From: an uncultured Acidobacteriota bacterium
Lineage (GTDB): Bacteria > Acidobacteriota > Thermoanaerobaculia > Gp7-AA8
Length of the DNA stretch: 64,000 nt
NCBI GenBank assembly: GCA_963822445.1
Contig: CAWGHO010000003.1
Span: 1,820,349 to 1,884,348, forward strand
Direction of reading: 5' to 3'
Both the position numbers and the translations under genes were made by a program. This document shows positions 46,617-59,496 of this stretch, one piece after another; the stretch's first letter is position 1; each line of letters begins with the position of its first letter. The notes beneath the pieces are model-generated. The model was not told the origin of the DNA. It was given only the letters and a program-made list of their open reading frames with translations, and ran no database searches.

Positions 46617-47389
46617 TCCGCCTGGGTATCGCATTCCTCGTCGTCCTGGCGCCCATCGCGGCGGCTTCTACCGCGGATCAGCACGGACTGGAAACGTACC
46701 TTCTCCCTGCTTACACGAGGGGCTTGACGGTGCCGGGGGCGCAAGGCTCGCAGTGGAAGGCCCAGCTTACCGTCCACAACGCGAGCGACCGGTTCATCGA
46801 CTTCGGACCGTGCAACGTTCCCTCGCCGAATCCCTGCCCTCCACAGATCTTCGGTTTGAACGCGGGTAGCACGCGCATCGATCCGACGATCGGGTTCACC
46901 GATGCCGGCGATCGAGGACGGTTGAGCTATGTCCGGCGCGACGTGGCACATCTACTGGACATGAAGCTCCGTCTGGCAGACGTGTCGCGGCACGCCGTCG
47001 ACGCCGGCACGGAAGTCCCGGTCGTTCGGTCCGGACAGTTCCACACCAGCACGCTGCGCCTCGTGAACGTCCCCCTCAGCGCTGAAAACCGGGTGATGTT
47101 GCGTATCTTCGATGTCGACGATACCGGCGACGCCGCGAGCGTCGAGATCCGCATCCATTCCCTGAGCGGCACGTTGCTGCACAGCGAGACGCGCGCGTTT
47201 ACCGCGTCGGGCTATCTACCGGCGGACGGATTACCCTTCGCACCGAGCTACATCGAGATCCCGCTCACCGTCCGCTCCGAGAGCGTTCGTATCGACATCA
47301 TCCCGCTCACGCCGGAACTTCGTTTCTGGGCGTACGCCAGCATCACGAATAACCTGACGCAGCACGTCACTTTGGTGACGCCTCCGTAG
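46613..47389 (+). CDS. Secreted protein with a lineage-typical 'PGAxGSxW...WAY.S.TNN.TQ.VT' domain
   Basis: GTG overlaps the protease stop (GTGA); signal peptide; VPGAQGSQWKAQLTVHN, AGTEVPVVR, FWAYASITNNLTQHVTLVTP. Confidence 0.7.
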   Translation: MIRLGIAFLVVLAPIAAASTADQHGLETYLLPAYTRGLTVPGAQGSQWKAQLTVHNASDRFIDFGPCNVPSPNPCPPQIFGLNAGSTRIDPTIGFTDAGDRGRLSYVRRDVAHLLDMKLRLADVSRHAVDAGTEVPVVRSGQFHTSTLRLVNVPLSAENRVMLRIFDVDDTGDAASVEIRIHSLSGTLLHSETRAFTASGYLPADGLPFAPSYIEIPLTVRSESVRIDIIPLTPELRFWAYASITNNLTQHVTLVTPP

Positions 47390-47467
47390 CGCCGACCCTT
47401 TGCGGCTCAGAACCGTCCGCGCGCGCCGTGGATCCCGCTGTCCGCGTTGCCGGCGGTGCGCTGAATG

Positions 47468-47498
47468 AAAAAAAGGCCGGGCTTCGCGCCCGGCCTTT
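47468..47498 (-). terminator. Intrinsic terminator (strongest on the minus strand)
   Basis: A7-GGCCGGGC-TTCGC-GCCCGGCC-TTT. Confidence 0.85.
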
Positions 47499-47521
47499 CC
47501 AATCACGATGTAGCCGATCGA

Positions 47522-49138
47522 CTAGCCGTCGATGATTCCGTCGCAGTCGTTGTCGATGCCGTCGCGGCCGGGCTTGCCCTTGGTGTCGTTCGCGCCCGGG
47601 TAGATCTTCGCGTCGTTGTCGTTGCAGTCGCCCTGCGACGCGCACACGCCGTCGCCGTCGGCGTCGGTGCAGCCGCCACCGCCGCCACCCGCGCCGAGGA
47701 TCGAGGAGACGCTGCTGTAGTACGCGGCGAACGCGCCGTCGACCGTCGCGTTGGACGCGGTGTCGCAGACGTCACCCACGTTGTAGCCGCAGCCACCGGA
47801 AAGCTGACCGACGATCTGGCCCGCTCCGTTGACGACCGGCGAGCCGCTGCTGCCGCCCTCGGTAGCGCCGAGGACGTCACTGCTGTAAATCCAGTTGCCG
47901 CGCGGCCAGCTCTGGCAGGTCCCGCGAGACGTGTCGACGCGGTGCTCCGAGTACGCCTGCGGCGAGCCTTTCGGGTGGCTCAGACGATAGAGCGGCGTGT
48001 TGTTGGTGTTCGCGACCGCGGTGGAGTTCCAGCCGAGGAACGCCGCACCGGACGGTGCGTTCTGGCTCAGACGCATCAGGGTGTAGTCGCTGGTCCGGTT
48101 GGCGGCGACGATCGTCGCGCCCGTGGTCGACGCCGCGCCCGGATCGGGGCAGCCCTGGCAGGTCGAGGAAACGTAGAAGAAGAACGTCTCCAGGCTCGCG
48201 GCCTCGCTCGACCGGCTGATGCAGTGGTTGGCGGTCAGGAAATACGGAACGTTCGTCGCTGTGTCGGAGTCGGCCACGAGGCCGCCCGTGCAGATGTACA
48301 GATAGGCGCCCGAGGCGAACAGGATGTGCGCCACGGCGTCGCGGGCCGTGGTGACGGCAGCGTTCTCGGTGCCACAGGCCGCGTCGACGGTGCAGTTCGC
48401 ATTGAACGAGCAGGGCTTCGTGTTCGCGGCATTGGTCACCGGGTTGAGGTGCCCCGCCAGCTTGAACGCTTCGGTCAGATAACCGACGCCGGAAATCGTG
48501 AAGGCGGGAGCCTCATTGCCGGCGGCATTCAACTGCATGACCAACTCCGCACCGGAGACGGTGTTGCTCCAGAACTCGCCCGTGCCGTTCGGGCCGCGGC
48601 CCGTGTACGGACCGTAGGCCATGCCGGCGTTCGTGTGGATGTACAGCTCGGCGCCTTCGGGCAGGTTGAAATCAGTGAAATGAACGCGCATCGCGGCCGC
48701 TTCCGGCGCGCGCACGAGACCGGCCCACTCGAAGCCGCCCGCGGCACGACCGCGGACCGCACCGAAGAGGTCGTGCGCAGTCGCGCGAGTGCTGAGCGCC
48801 CGGCGGGAGAAACCCATCGGCACATGAAGCTCTTTGACCAGGCCGACGCGCATCTTCTGCTGCATGGCCCCATCCATCAACGCGTCCTGGGCCAGGGCGA
48901 GGCGCTCTTCGGGCGTCACCACGACGTCGAGCGCCCGCGCTTCGGACAGATCGATCGCCCCCATCGACAGATGCTTCTGCAGGTCGATCATCTGTTGGTT
49001 GTGTGCAGCCCGGTTGAATGCCACGGCGGACCGTTCCGTCGCTTTGACAGCGCCGGCATGGTCGAGCGTCGCCGCGCTGACCTGGGCAACGCTCACCACG
49101 AGCATTGCGACGAGCAGGATCGAGAACCGTTTTTTCAT
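47522..49138 (-). CDS. Secreted lysyl-endopeptidase-like S1 protease with C-terminal MopE-like Cys/Asp motif
   Basis: Signal MKKRF..; CTGGLV, LTANHC, SDYTL, TEGGSSGSP; tail DADGDG..GDCND..IYPGA..DGIDNDCDG. Confidence 0.88.
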   Translation of the reverse strand: MKKRFSILLVAMLVVSVAQVSAATLDHAGAVKATERSAVAFNRAAHNQQMIDLQKHLSMGAIDLSEARALDVVVTPEERLALAQDALMDGAMQQKMRVGLVKELHVPMGFSRRALSTRATAHDLFGAVRGRAAGGFEWAGLVRAPEAAAMRVHFTDFNLPEGAELYIHTNAGMAYGPYTGRGPNGTGEFWSNTVSGAELVMQLNAAGNEAPAFTISGVGYLTEAFKLAGHLNPVTNAANTKPCSFNANCTVDAACGTENAAVTTARDAVAHILFASGAYLYICTGGLVADSDTATNVPYFLTANHCISRSSEAASLETFFFYVSSTCQGCPDPGAASTTGATIVAANRTSDYTLMRLSQNAPSGAAFLGWNSTAVANTNNTPLYRLSHPKGSPQAYSEHRVDTSRGTCQSWPRGNWIYSSDVLGATEGGSSGSPVVNGAGQIVGQLSGGCGYNVGDVCDTASNATVDGAFAAYYSSVSSILGAGGGGGGCTDADGDGVCASQGDCNDNDAKIYPGANDTKGKPGRDGIDNDCDGIIDG

Positions 49139-49360
49139 TTGATCTCCGTTCGAAAGTTGATGAAAAGCGCCTTTGAGGGGACAGGCAGCGGATGTTGACT
49201 GGGGCCATACAAAGGCAATCGCACGGCCCATCGGCGCGCGGCGCGATGTCGTTTGAATGGAGAACGTTGCGGCGACCACCTGCTAATGGAACGGGTCAGA
49301 AATGGCGCACTGCGTCAGCCTCTGACCCACATGGCGGTCACGCGGCGACCCTTTTGCCGC

Positions 49361-50542
49361 TCAGAACCGGCCACGCGCGACGTGGATCCGCTTCGAGTCC
49401 TTCTGGTGCTCGGTCCAGGTGAACCAGACCTCGTCGCCGCGGCGTGCAATTCGCGTGAAACCCGCGGCGCGCGCAGTGGCCGAGTCGGCGACCTTGATCG
49501 ACGGCGCGGGCTCCCCGGTCCGTGGCACGCGGCGAGCGCGGATCTCCGCGCCGAGGGTGGTCTGTTCGAGCCAGGTCACCAGCGCGGTGTCGTCGTCGAG
49601 CATCACCACGTCGACGCGACCCGCCGGTTTACCGTCATCGACGGCGATCGCTTTTCCGAAGGTCGCGCCGCCGTCGTTCGAGAACGCGACGAACACACGT
49701 TGTTTCTCCTGCGCGGCCGTGAACCAGGCGATGACCGCGGCGTTGCCGATCGCATCGAGCTGCGGACCGTTGACCGGACATCCGTTGATCTTCCAGCCGT
49801 CCGCGTGAATCGGTCGCGGCTCGCTCCACGCAGCCCCGCCGCGGCTCACATACGAAATGTCGCGGATGTCATCCGCGGAGCGATCGCGATAGGCGATGAC
49901 CGGCCCCGCGGTGGTGACGGTCATCGCCGTCGTGCAGCACTCGCAGGTGCGCGGATCGACGACGACGTCCGCGTCGATCTTCCCCGCTGCCGTGACCGTC
50001 GCGTAGCGAATGGTCATGTCGCCGTCGCTGCCGGTCATGTTCCGCCCGTCCAGCCACGTCGCACCGACGCCACCGCCGGGAAGCGCGGCGAGCGTGACGA
50101 ATCCATGCTCGGCCTGTTTGCCGTCGCGGTTCAGAAGAAACGGCGCGCTCCACGTCGATCCGCCGTCGGTCGACGTGGCCATGCGCACGTCATACGAGTA
50201 AGTGCCGGAACCGCTCTTCTGCAGCCAGTGCGCGTACAGCGCACCGTTCGCGTCCTCGATCACCGACGGAAAGTCCGCCCAGTTCACGAACAGGTCGCCG
50301 CGCTCGACGATCGTGCGCGGCGCGCTCCACTCTTTATCCACGTAACGCGAGAACCGCAGGGCGAATCGGTCACCCCGCGGCTCGAGCCAGCTGAGAAGCA
50401 CGACGTCGCGCGTTGCGAACAGAAACGGCTCGGCCGCGCCAACCGGCGCGGGCGTGCTCACTTCCGCGATCGCGTTCCGAGGCTCGCGATTGCACGCGAC
50501 CGCCGTCATCACGAGTACGGCGATCGCGATCTCTTTACGCAT
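49361..50542 (-). CDS. BNR/sialidase-like beta-propeller lipoprotein
   Basis: Lipobox AVAC; FVNWADFPSV, STDGGSTWS, TCECC, GCPVNGP, SNDGGATF. Confidence 0.8.
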   Translation of the reverse strand: MRKEIAIAVLVMTAVACNREPRNAIAEVSTPAPVGAAEPFLFATRDVVLLSWLEPRGDRFALRFSRYVDKEWSAPRTIVERGDLFVNWADFPSVIEDANGALYAHWLQKSGSGTYSYDVRMATSTDGGSTWSAPFLLNRDGKQAEHGFVTLAALPGGGVGATWLDGRNMTGSDGDMTIRYATVTAAGKIDADVVVDPRTCECCTTAMTVTTAGPVIAYRDRSADDIRDISYVSRGGAAWSEPRPIHADGWKINGCPVNGPQLDAIGNAAVIAWFTAAQEKQRVFVAFSNDGGATFGKAIAVDDGKPAGRVDVVMLDDDTALVTWLEQTTLGAEIRARRVPRTGEPAPSIKVADSATARAAGFTRIARRGDEVWFTWTEHQKDSKRIHVARGRF

Positions 50543-50543
50543 G

Positions 50544-52916
<2,373 letters not shown>

Positions 52917-52981
52917 GGTGGTCTCTCCTTCACTCAGGCAGACGCACCGGGGCGCGGGGGATTACAGTCGCGCGCCGCGGG

Positions 52982-54502
52982 CTACTTTTCCGCGCTGACC
53001 TCAGCTTCGCCCAGCGGCGCCGTCGCCGGCCCATTGAGCACGGCGCCGCGGATGTCGAAGCGAGATCCGTGGCACGCGCAGTCCCAGCTCTTCTCCGCGG
53101 CATTCCAGGCGACGGTGCAGCCCATGTGCGTGCAGGTCGGGTCGAGCACGCACAGCTTTCCGTCGATGCGGGCGACGGCTGATTTCTTCCCGTCCGTGGA
53201 GACGATCTTCCCTTCTCCCTCGACTACTTCGTCGACGCTCTTCGCTTCCACGTCGAGATGGGTGACCTTTTCGATCATCCGCTTCGGGAACACCGTCGCC
53301 TTGGTGACGACGTTCTCCAGGATCGCGCTGAGCTTCTTGCGGGCCGGGTCGTAGAGGCTCGCGTACTCGTTCTCGCGATCGAGCGCGAAGTCGCTGAGCA
53401 TCAGCGCGGAGAGGGTGCCGTACGTCATCCCCGTGCCCGAGTAGCCGGTCGACATCCAGACGTTCTTTCCGTGCGAGCTCTCGCCGATGAAGGGCAGCAT
53501 GTCCGCGGGCTCGTTGATCTGGCCGGACCAGCGGTGGGAGAAGGTCTTCACGCCAAATCGCTCGCGACAGTACTGCTCGAGCGCTTCGTAGCGTTCCTCG
53601 TCATTCCCTTCCTTACCGACGTCGCGGTCTTCGCCCCCGACGATCAGAACAGCCCTTTGTCCGTCTCCAGCAGACGCGTGTAGTGATACGGGTAGGCCGT
53701 ATCCCAGAAGAGCGCATCGGGAATCACGTCGCGCTTGATCGGGGCGGCCACGACGTACGTGCGGGTGACGTACATCTTGGCCCAGATGCCACCGCGATCG
53801 TTGATGGGGACGTGCGTCGCGAGCAGCACGTGCTTCGCGCGCATACTTCCGACCTCCCCTTTGATCGCACCGGTGGATACGTCGTTGACCAGCGTGTTCT
53901 CGAAAATGCGCGCGCCGTTCTTGACCGCGGCTTTGGCCAGGGGACGCAGGTATTCGCGAACGTGAAAGACGTACTGATTGCGATAGCGCAGGCCGCCGAT
54001 CGTGGCGAAGGGGAGCGGCACTTCCTCGACCCACTCGGTCTCGATGCCCGTCTCCCGCAGATACTCCTGCTGTCGCTGCAGGTATTCGATGTCTCCTCTT
54101 CTTCGGTATAGAGATAGCCGTCCACGGCCTTGAAGCCGCAGTCGATGGCCAGCTCATCGACGAGCGAGCGAATCAGCGCGATGGACTTCCGAATGGCCTC
54201 GGTATTGGGGCGCGCGCCCTCTACCCCGTGACCTTGATCAGGTCGCGGTAGTCGGCGTCCGTCGCATCGATGATGTGCGCGGTGGTGTGGCCGGTCTCGG
54301 ACATCGCGATCCGCCCCTTGTCCACGAGCACCACCGACTTGCCCGCTTTGGCGAGCAGGTACGCCGCGGTGATGCCGGTGATGCCGCCGCCGACGATGGC
54401 CACGTCCGCGTCGAGGTCTTCGCTCAGCGAGGGATAGTTCGTCGAAGGGGTGGTGTCGATCCAGAGCGAGAGCGATTCGTCGGAGCCGGGCGGGTGTTTC
54501 AT
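52982..54502 (-). CDS. FAD-dependent oxidoreductase with C-terminal Rieske domain (YhfW-like); several frameshifts
   Basis: IVGGGITG, ETGHTTAHI, LATHVP, WSGQ, GMTYGT, CTHMGC...WDCACHGSRF, spread over several frames. Confidence 0.85.
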
Positions 54503-54562
54503 GCAGAATTTTGCATTCCGCAAACGTGCCTGAACGATCAAAGGTGGTAGCGTCCTCGCTCC

Positions 54563-54804
54563 ATGCGCCAATCCGTCCGTTTCGCCGTCGTCATCACCGC
54601 GCTAGTCTGACCTTTTCCGCCCGTGCCACGTGCGGCGGCGGAGGTGGAGGCGGCACGGGCGGGATGATGCCGAACAACGGCACGGCGCCGAAGGCTTACG
54701 TCGTTCCCTGGAAGGTCGCCGATGCCAGCGCGGCAACGGCGGCGCTCACGCTGTACTGGGCGCCCGCGGCCGCGGCCGAGGTGAAGGGCAGCGATCTCGT
54801 GATC
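54563..54804 (+). pseudogene. 5' fragment of a secreted protein (TCGGGGGGG...YVVPWKV...LYW), truncated at the junction
   Basis: Signal-like start MRQSVRFAVV (with an indel), then Cys-polyGly and YxVPWKV. From memory this resembles N-termini of some cytochrome c peroxidase-type proteins (unverified). Confidence 0.45.
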
Positions 54805-55116
54805 CTGGATGAAGGAGCCGTACCGCCGGAGCAGTCCGTCGCGGCGCTCCGCGGAAAGACCCGCAGGCACGGCGAGCACCGCCTTGCCTCCCCCGCGCGG
54901 AAACCCGGCGGCCGCCCACTTGTACGTCATGCCCTCGGAGAGCCGCCGGGCATCGCGACGCGCCGCTTCGAGGTCGGGGTAGGTCTTCATCCGCGTGCCG
55001 CCGGAGGACGGCCCGAGGCGCGAGGAATGGAGCGCGATCAGGATGGTGGCGCCCGTCTCGGGGTCGGCGCGCTCGTAGAGCGCTTCGCCGTCCCAGACAA
55101 CGTGTTCGGTTCTCAC
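54801..55116 (-). pseudogene. 5' fragment of a Glu/Leu/Phe/Val dehydrogenase, truncated at the junction
   Basis: IALHSSRLGPSSGGTRM..Y, RLSEGMTYKWA, GGGKAV, RYGSFIQD; similarity stops abruptly there. Confidence 0.85.
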
Positions 55117-55117
55117 T

Positions 55118-55585
55118 TCAGATCCATCGTCGCACACGCGACTTATAACCGAGGTAATTCCCTCCGAATAGCCGGGCGAGGTAGGCCTCCTCCTTCGCAA
55201 TCACGAGGACGTTCACGAGGACCATCGCGATCGGAACGGTGAGGAGCGGCCAGAGCGCGTTCCAGAACACGGCGAACCCAGCGCTCAGGATCGACATACC
55301 GAGGTACATCGGATTGCGCGTGAAACGATACGGCCCTCCCGTCGCAAACGCCGTCGTCGGGGCCATCGGGTTCGGGCTCGTTCCCGCGCCCCGGAACGTC
55401 GCGACCGCCCAGAGCCCGAGTCCCGCGCCGGCCGCGAAGAGCAGCGCCCCGGCCACCCGCAGCTCCCGCACATGGCCTGGCCAGATCGCGGCGGGCCAGC
55501 GACGGTGGAGGAGAAAGCCGGCCGCGAGAAGGAGGGCGTCGATGGCCGGCGGCGGAAACCGGACTCCCGAGGCCGGTGCCTTCAT
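55118..55585 (-). CDS. Isoprenylcysteine carboxylmethyltransferase (Ste14/PEMT-like) family protein
   Basis: FPPP, GPYRFTRNPMYLG, EEAYL..LFG..Y..YKSRVRRWI. Confidence 0.9.
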   Translation of the reverse strand: MKAPASGVRFPPPAIDALLLAAGFLLHRRWPAAIWPGHVRELRVAGALLFAAGAGLGLWAVATFRGAGTSPNPMAPTTAFATGGPYRFTRNPMYLGMSILSAGFAVFWNALWPLLTVPIAMVLVNVLVIAKEEAYLARLFGGNYLGYKSRVRRWI

Positions 55586-57287
55586 GGAGCGCGCTCCGCC
55601 GGCCCGGCCGAAGCCGCCACGTGGCGGGTCGCGACTTCGAGCGCTTCGTCGATCGTCGCGACGAAGTTCTGCCGCCCGTACTCGTCCAGCTTTCCCGCTC
55701 CCTCGAGCGCCTCGAGTGGTTGGGCGCGGATCCCGGCGATCAGGAAGCGGATGTGCTGGTGCGAAAAGGATCGGAAGAGGTCGTCGAGCACGCGAATCCC
55801 GGAGGCGTCGATGACGGGGACGTTGCGCATGCGGAGAATGAAGACCTTCGGCTTCTTGGCCACGAGGTGCAGGACGTCCTTGATCTTGTCCGCCGCGCCG
55901 AAGAAGAACGGGCCGTTGACCTCGTAGACCTCGACGCCCGCCGGAATCGCGCGCCGCGCTACGCCCTCGGCGTCCCCGCGCATCGTGCCGTCGGGAACGT
56001 CGTTCCATTCCTCCGTCACCATCCCGACGTGTGTCACGTCGGCCATGCGCTTGATGAAGAGGAACGCCGCGAGCACGACCCCGACCTGCACCGCCACCGT
56101 CAGGTCGATCAGGACGGTGAGCAGGAACGTCGTCAGGAGAACGGCCACGTCGCTCTTGGGTGTCCGGAAGAGCTCGCGCGGAAGGCGCGCCACTCGCTCA
56201 TGTGGTACGCGACGACCACGAGGATCGCCGCCAGAGTCGCGAGCGGAATGTACCGCGCCCACTTGCCCGAAGAAAGAGAGACGCCGCGGCGACGACCGCG
56301 GCGTGTGTCATCCCCGCGACCGGAGTGCGGCCGCCGGCCTTGACGTTGGTGGCCGTGCGGGCGATCGCGCCGGTGGCGGGGATGCCGCCGAAGAGGGCCG
56401 ACGCGACGTTCGCGACTCCCTGCGCGACGAGCTCGACGTTGGACTTGTGCCGGCTGCCGATCATGCCGTCGGCCACGACGGCCGAGAGCAGCGACTCGAT
56501 CGCCCGCGAGGAGGGCGACGGTGACCGCCGGGCGAAAAGAGCTCGCGGATGCGCTCGAGCGTCGACCGACGGCAGCCGGGCGCGGGGATGGAAGCCGAGA
56601 TCTCGCCGAAGCGGGTGCCGATCGTCTCGACGGGCAGGCCGAGGACCGCCACGAGCACCGAGCCGACGAGAATGGCCACGATCGGCGCGGGGACCGTCCG
56701 GGAACCTCGGCCAGCCCAGCAGAGATCGCGAGCGATCCCGCCGCCACGGCGACGCGCTGCGGGAGACGGTCCGGCAGGCTCGCGGCATACGCGCTCCACT
56801 TCTCGAAGAACTGCGCCGGGACCGCGGCCATCCGCAGGCCGAGGAGGTCCCGGATCTGGCGAGGAGAAGATGATGACCGCGATTCCGCTCGTGAAGCCGT
56901 GACGACCGGATACGGGATGAACTTGATCGCCGCGCCGAAGCGCGCGAGGCCCAGGATCGATGAGGAGGATGCCGGCGAGAATCGTGCAGATCGTGAGCCC
57001 ATCGACCCCGTGGCGGGCGACGATGCCGGAGACGATGACCACGAACGCTCCCGTGGGGCCCCCGATCTGCGACGCGGCTGCCTCCCAGCGACGAGATCAG
57101 GAAGACCGGCAACGGCCGCCGTGACGAGGCCCGTCTCCGGAGGCACGCCCGAGGCGATCGCGAAGGCGATCGCGAGCGGGATGGCGACGATGCCGACGAC
57201 GACGCCGGCCTGGAGATCGGCGAGGAACTGGCGCCGCGAGTAACCCGAGAGCGTGGTGAATGTCTTCGGCAGCCACGCCCCGGTCAC
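55582..57287 (-). CDS. SulP family anion transporter with STAS domain; multiple frameshifts
   Basis: [70 protein letters not shown]. Confidence 0.88.
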
Positions 57288-57297
57288 GAATCGGATT

Positions 57298-59050
57298 CTA
57301 CCCGGGGCGTCGCTCCATCACGCGGATGAGAGGGACTCCGTCCTGCGAGCGGGCGACGCCGGCGAGCGCATAACGCTCATCGAGCGCAATCGCGATCTCC
57401 CGCGCGTAGTCGACGCCGAGCCGCGCCGCCGACCACCCGGGCGGAGCCTGATCCACGACCATCACGAATCTGGGCCCGGCGCTCCGGATCCGCTCTGCCA
57501 CCTCCGCTTCCGCGCGAGCGTCGAGATGTCCGGGAAGGATCTGCTCCTGGCGCAGAGGATTGGGTAGCCCGGTCGCGAAGTTGAAGAACCCGCACTCGGG
57601 AAGGCACGCGAGCCCGTCCCCCGGCCGCGCCCGATCGGCGAGAAAACCGAGAGCCAGCTCCGTCGCGCGGCCCCACGGCTCGGGTAAGCGCACGGTACCG
57701 GCCGCCGTCTCGACGGCCGCCACGGAAACGGCCCGCCGGATGCGCTCGAGGCGGACGAGGCCGGCGGCGGCGAGGGAGAGCAGGGCCGCGGCCGCCGCTC
57801 TCCGGAACACCACGGGCCGCGCGAGTCTCGGAGCCAGGACGTCGAGCACGAGGACGGCCGACGCCGCCGCGAGAGCGGGCAGCGCGAGGATCGCGTAGGG
57901 CGTCGTGACGAAACCGTATGCCACGTTGCCCGCGACGCGGGCGGACGCCAGAGCCGCGAACCCGAAGAGCAGGAACCGCGCGCGCCCGCGCTCGTCGAGC
58001 GGCGCGCGCAGGAGCCACGCCGCGGCGAGCGCCGAGGCCAGCGGCGCGGGAGACAGGATCGGAGGCAGGCGGTCCTCGATCGCGGCCGCCGACCGGCGTG
58101 GCGCACAGGGCGACCGCCGCCGCGAGGAGGACCCACCAGACCGTCTCGGCGAGTCCCGGCTTCTTCTCGGCGTCTCCGGCCGCTCGCGAGACCAGCCACG
58201 CGGCGGCGAGGACGAAGAGACCGAGGAACAGAGCCGTCGCCAGACGCGAGAAGGCGGCGCCCGGGTCGTCGAAGCCGGAGATCAACCGGTAGACCTGCCG
58301 CCATTCCGGCGGCGGCGAAAAGAGAACGAGCGGCCCCTCCGACGCCAGCGACGCGATCGGGATTCCCCGAAACGCGAACCCATAGCCCGCGGCGGCCAAC
58401 GCGCCGGCGGCGAGTACCGAGAGGAGGATCCTTCGGCGCTCGGCCGGCGGCGACGAGTGCGCAGCGCGGCGACGACGACCACCACGGCTGCGGCGGCTCC
58501 GATCTCGGCCTTCGCGAGAAGCGAGAACGCGAGGGCGAGCGCGGCCGCCACGGCGTGAAAGCGCTCCACGCGACGGACAGGACCACGAGGCTTCCCAGCG
58601 CGCCCGCCGCCGCGAAGAGCGCCGCGAAAGCGTACGGAAAGAGAAACGCGCCGCCGTTCGGAGCCCCGACGCAGACGGCCGCCGCGATCGTGACGGCCAC
58701 GCCGGCCGAAAGCGGCGAACCGGCGCGGCGCGTCAGATGGTAGAGCGCCCACAGGAGAAGGACGGCCGCGAGAGCTCCCAACAGCTCGAGCACCGCGAAG
58801 CGGCGGCCGAAGATCCCCAGGGCGGCGCCGTTGACCCAGGGAGCGGCCGGCCCGTAGTAGTAGGAGACGTCGCGGGATAGAGCCGCTCGCCGTCCGCGAG
58901 GCGAGCCGGCACCTGGAGCTCGCGAGAGCCATCCACGAAGGGACGAATCCAGCGATTCCAGCTCAGCAACGCCGAAGCCACGCCGGCGAGCGCCGGCACG
59001 GCGATCCACTCCCAGCGCCGGCGGGGACGGGGGCCCCGCGCCTCGGTCAA
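57298..59050 (-). CDS. Polytopic membrane protein, GT-C-like; multiple frameshifts
   Basis: FVDGSRELQVPARL..GE.LY, YYYGP, many TM segments, NP.RQEQILPG; reading frame broken several times. Confidence 0.55.
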
Positions 59051-59400
59051 TCGATCGACCGGATGTCGGTGAGGATGTTGTTGTTGAGCGTGATGCGCAC
59101 GTGCGAACCCTCGGGGAAGCGGAACCACTGCGTCCGGGTGACCTCGAGGGTGTAGCGCGACGTCGCCTCCCCTTCTTTCGCCTCGAAGACCATCTTGTAT
59201 TCGCCGGTGCTCGCGTAGCTGCGGCCCGTTCCGCTCGAGCCCGGCGCGGATTGCTGACGCTCGACGACGATGCAGTCGAGGGTGCGGATGCCGAGGCCCG
59301 GATCCTTCTTGGAGGCCGAGGAGCAGGCCGCCGCGAGCAGGCTCGCTACGAAAAGTGCGAGAACAGCGAAATGGTCAGCCGCCAGGATTCTCTGTCGCAT
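59047..59400 (-). CDS. Hypothetical lipoprotein
   Basis: Lipobox AAAC; beta-rich body. Confidence 0.6.
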   Translation of the reverse strand: MRQRILAADHFAVLALFVASLLAAACSSASKKDPGLGIRTLDCIVVERQQSAPGSSGTGRSYASTGEYKMVFEAKEGEATSRYTLEVTRTQWFRFPEGSHVRITLNNNILTDIRSID

Positions 59401-59496
59401 GTCAGCGAGAACGCCCCCACTTCCCTTTCGATTCCGACCGAAGGCTATGCTAATGCGCGAGCGCTCCCCAATGCGCGAACGCGCACGCCACGACGC

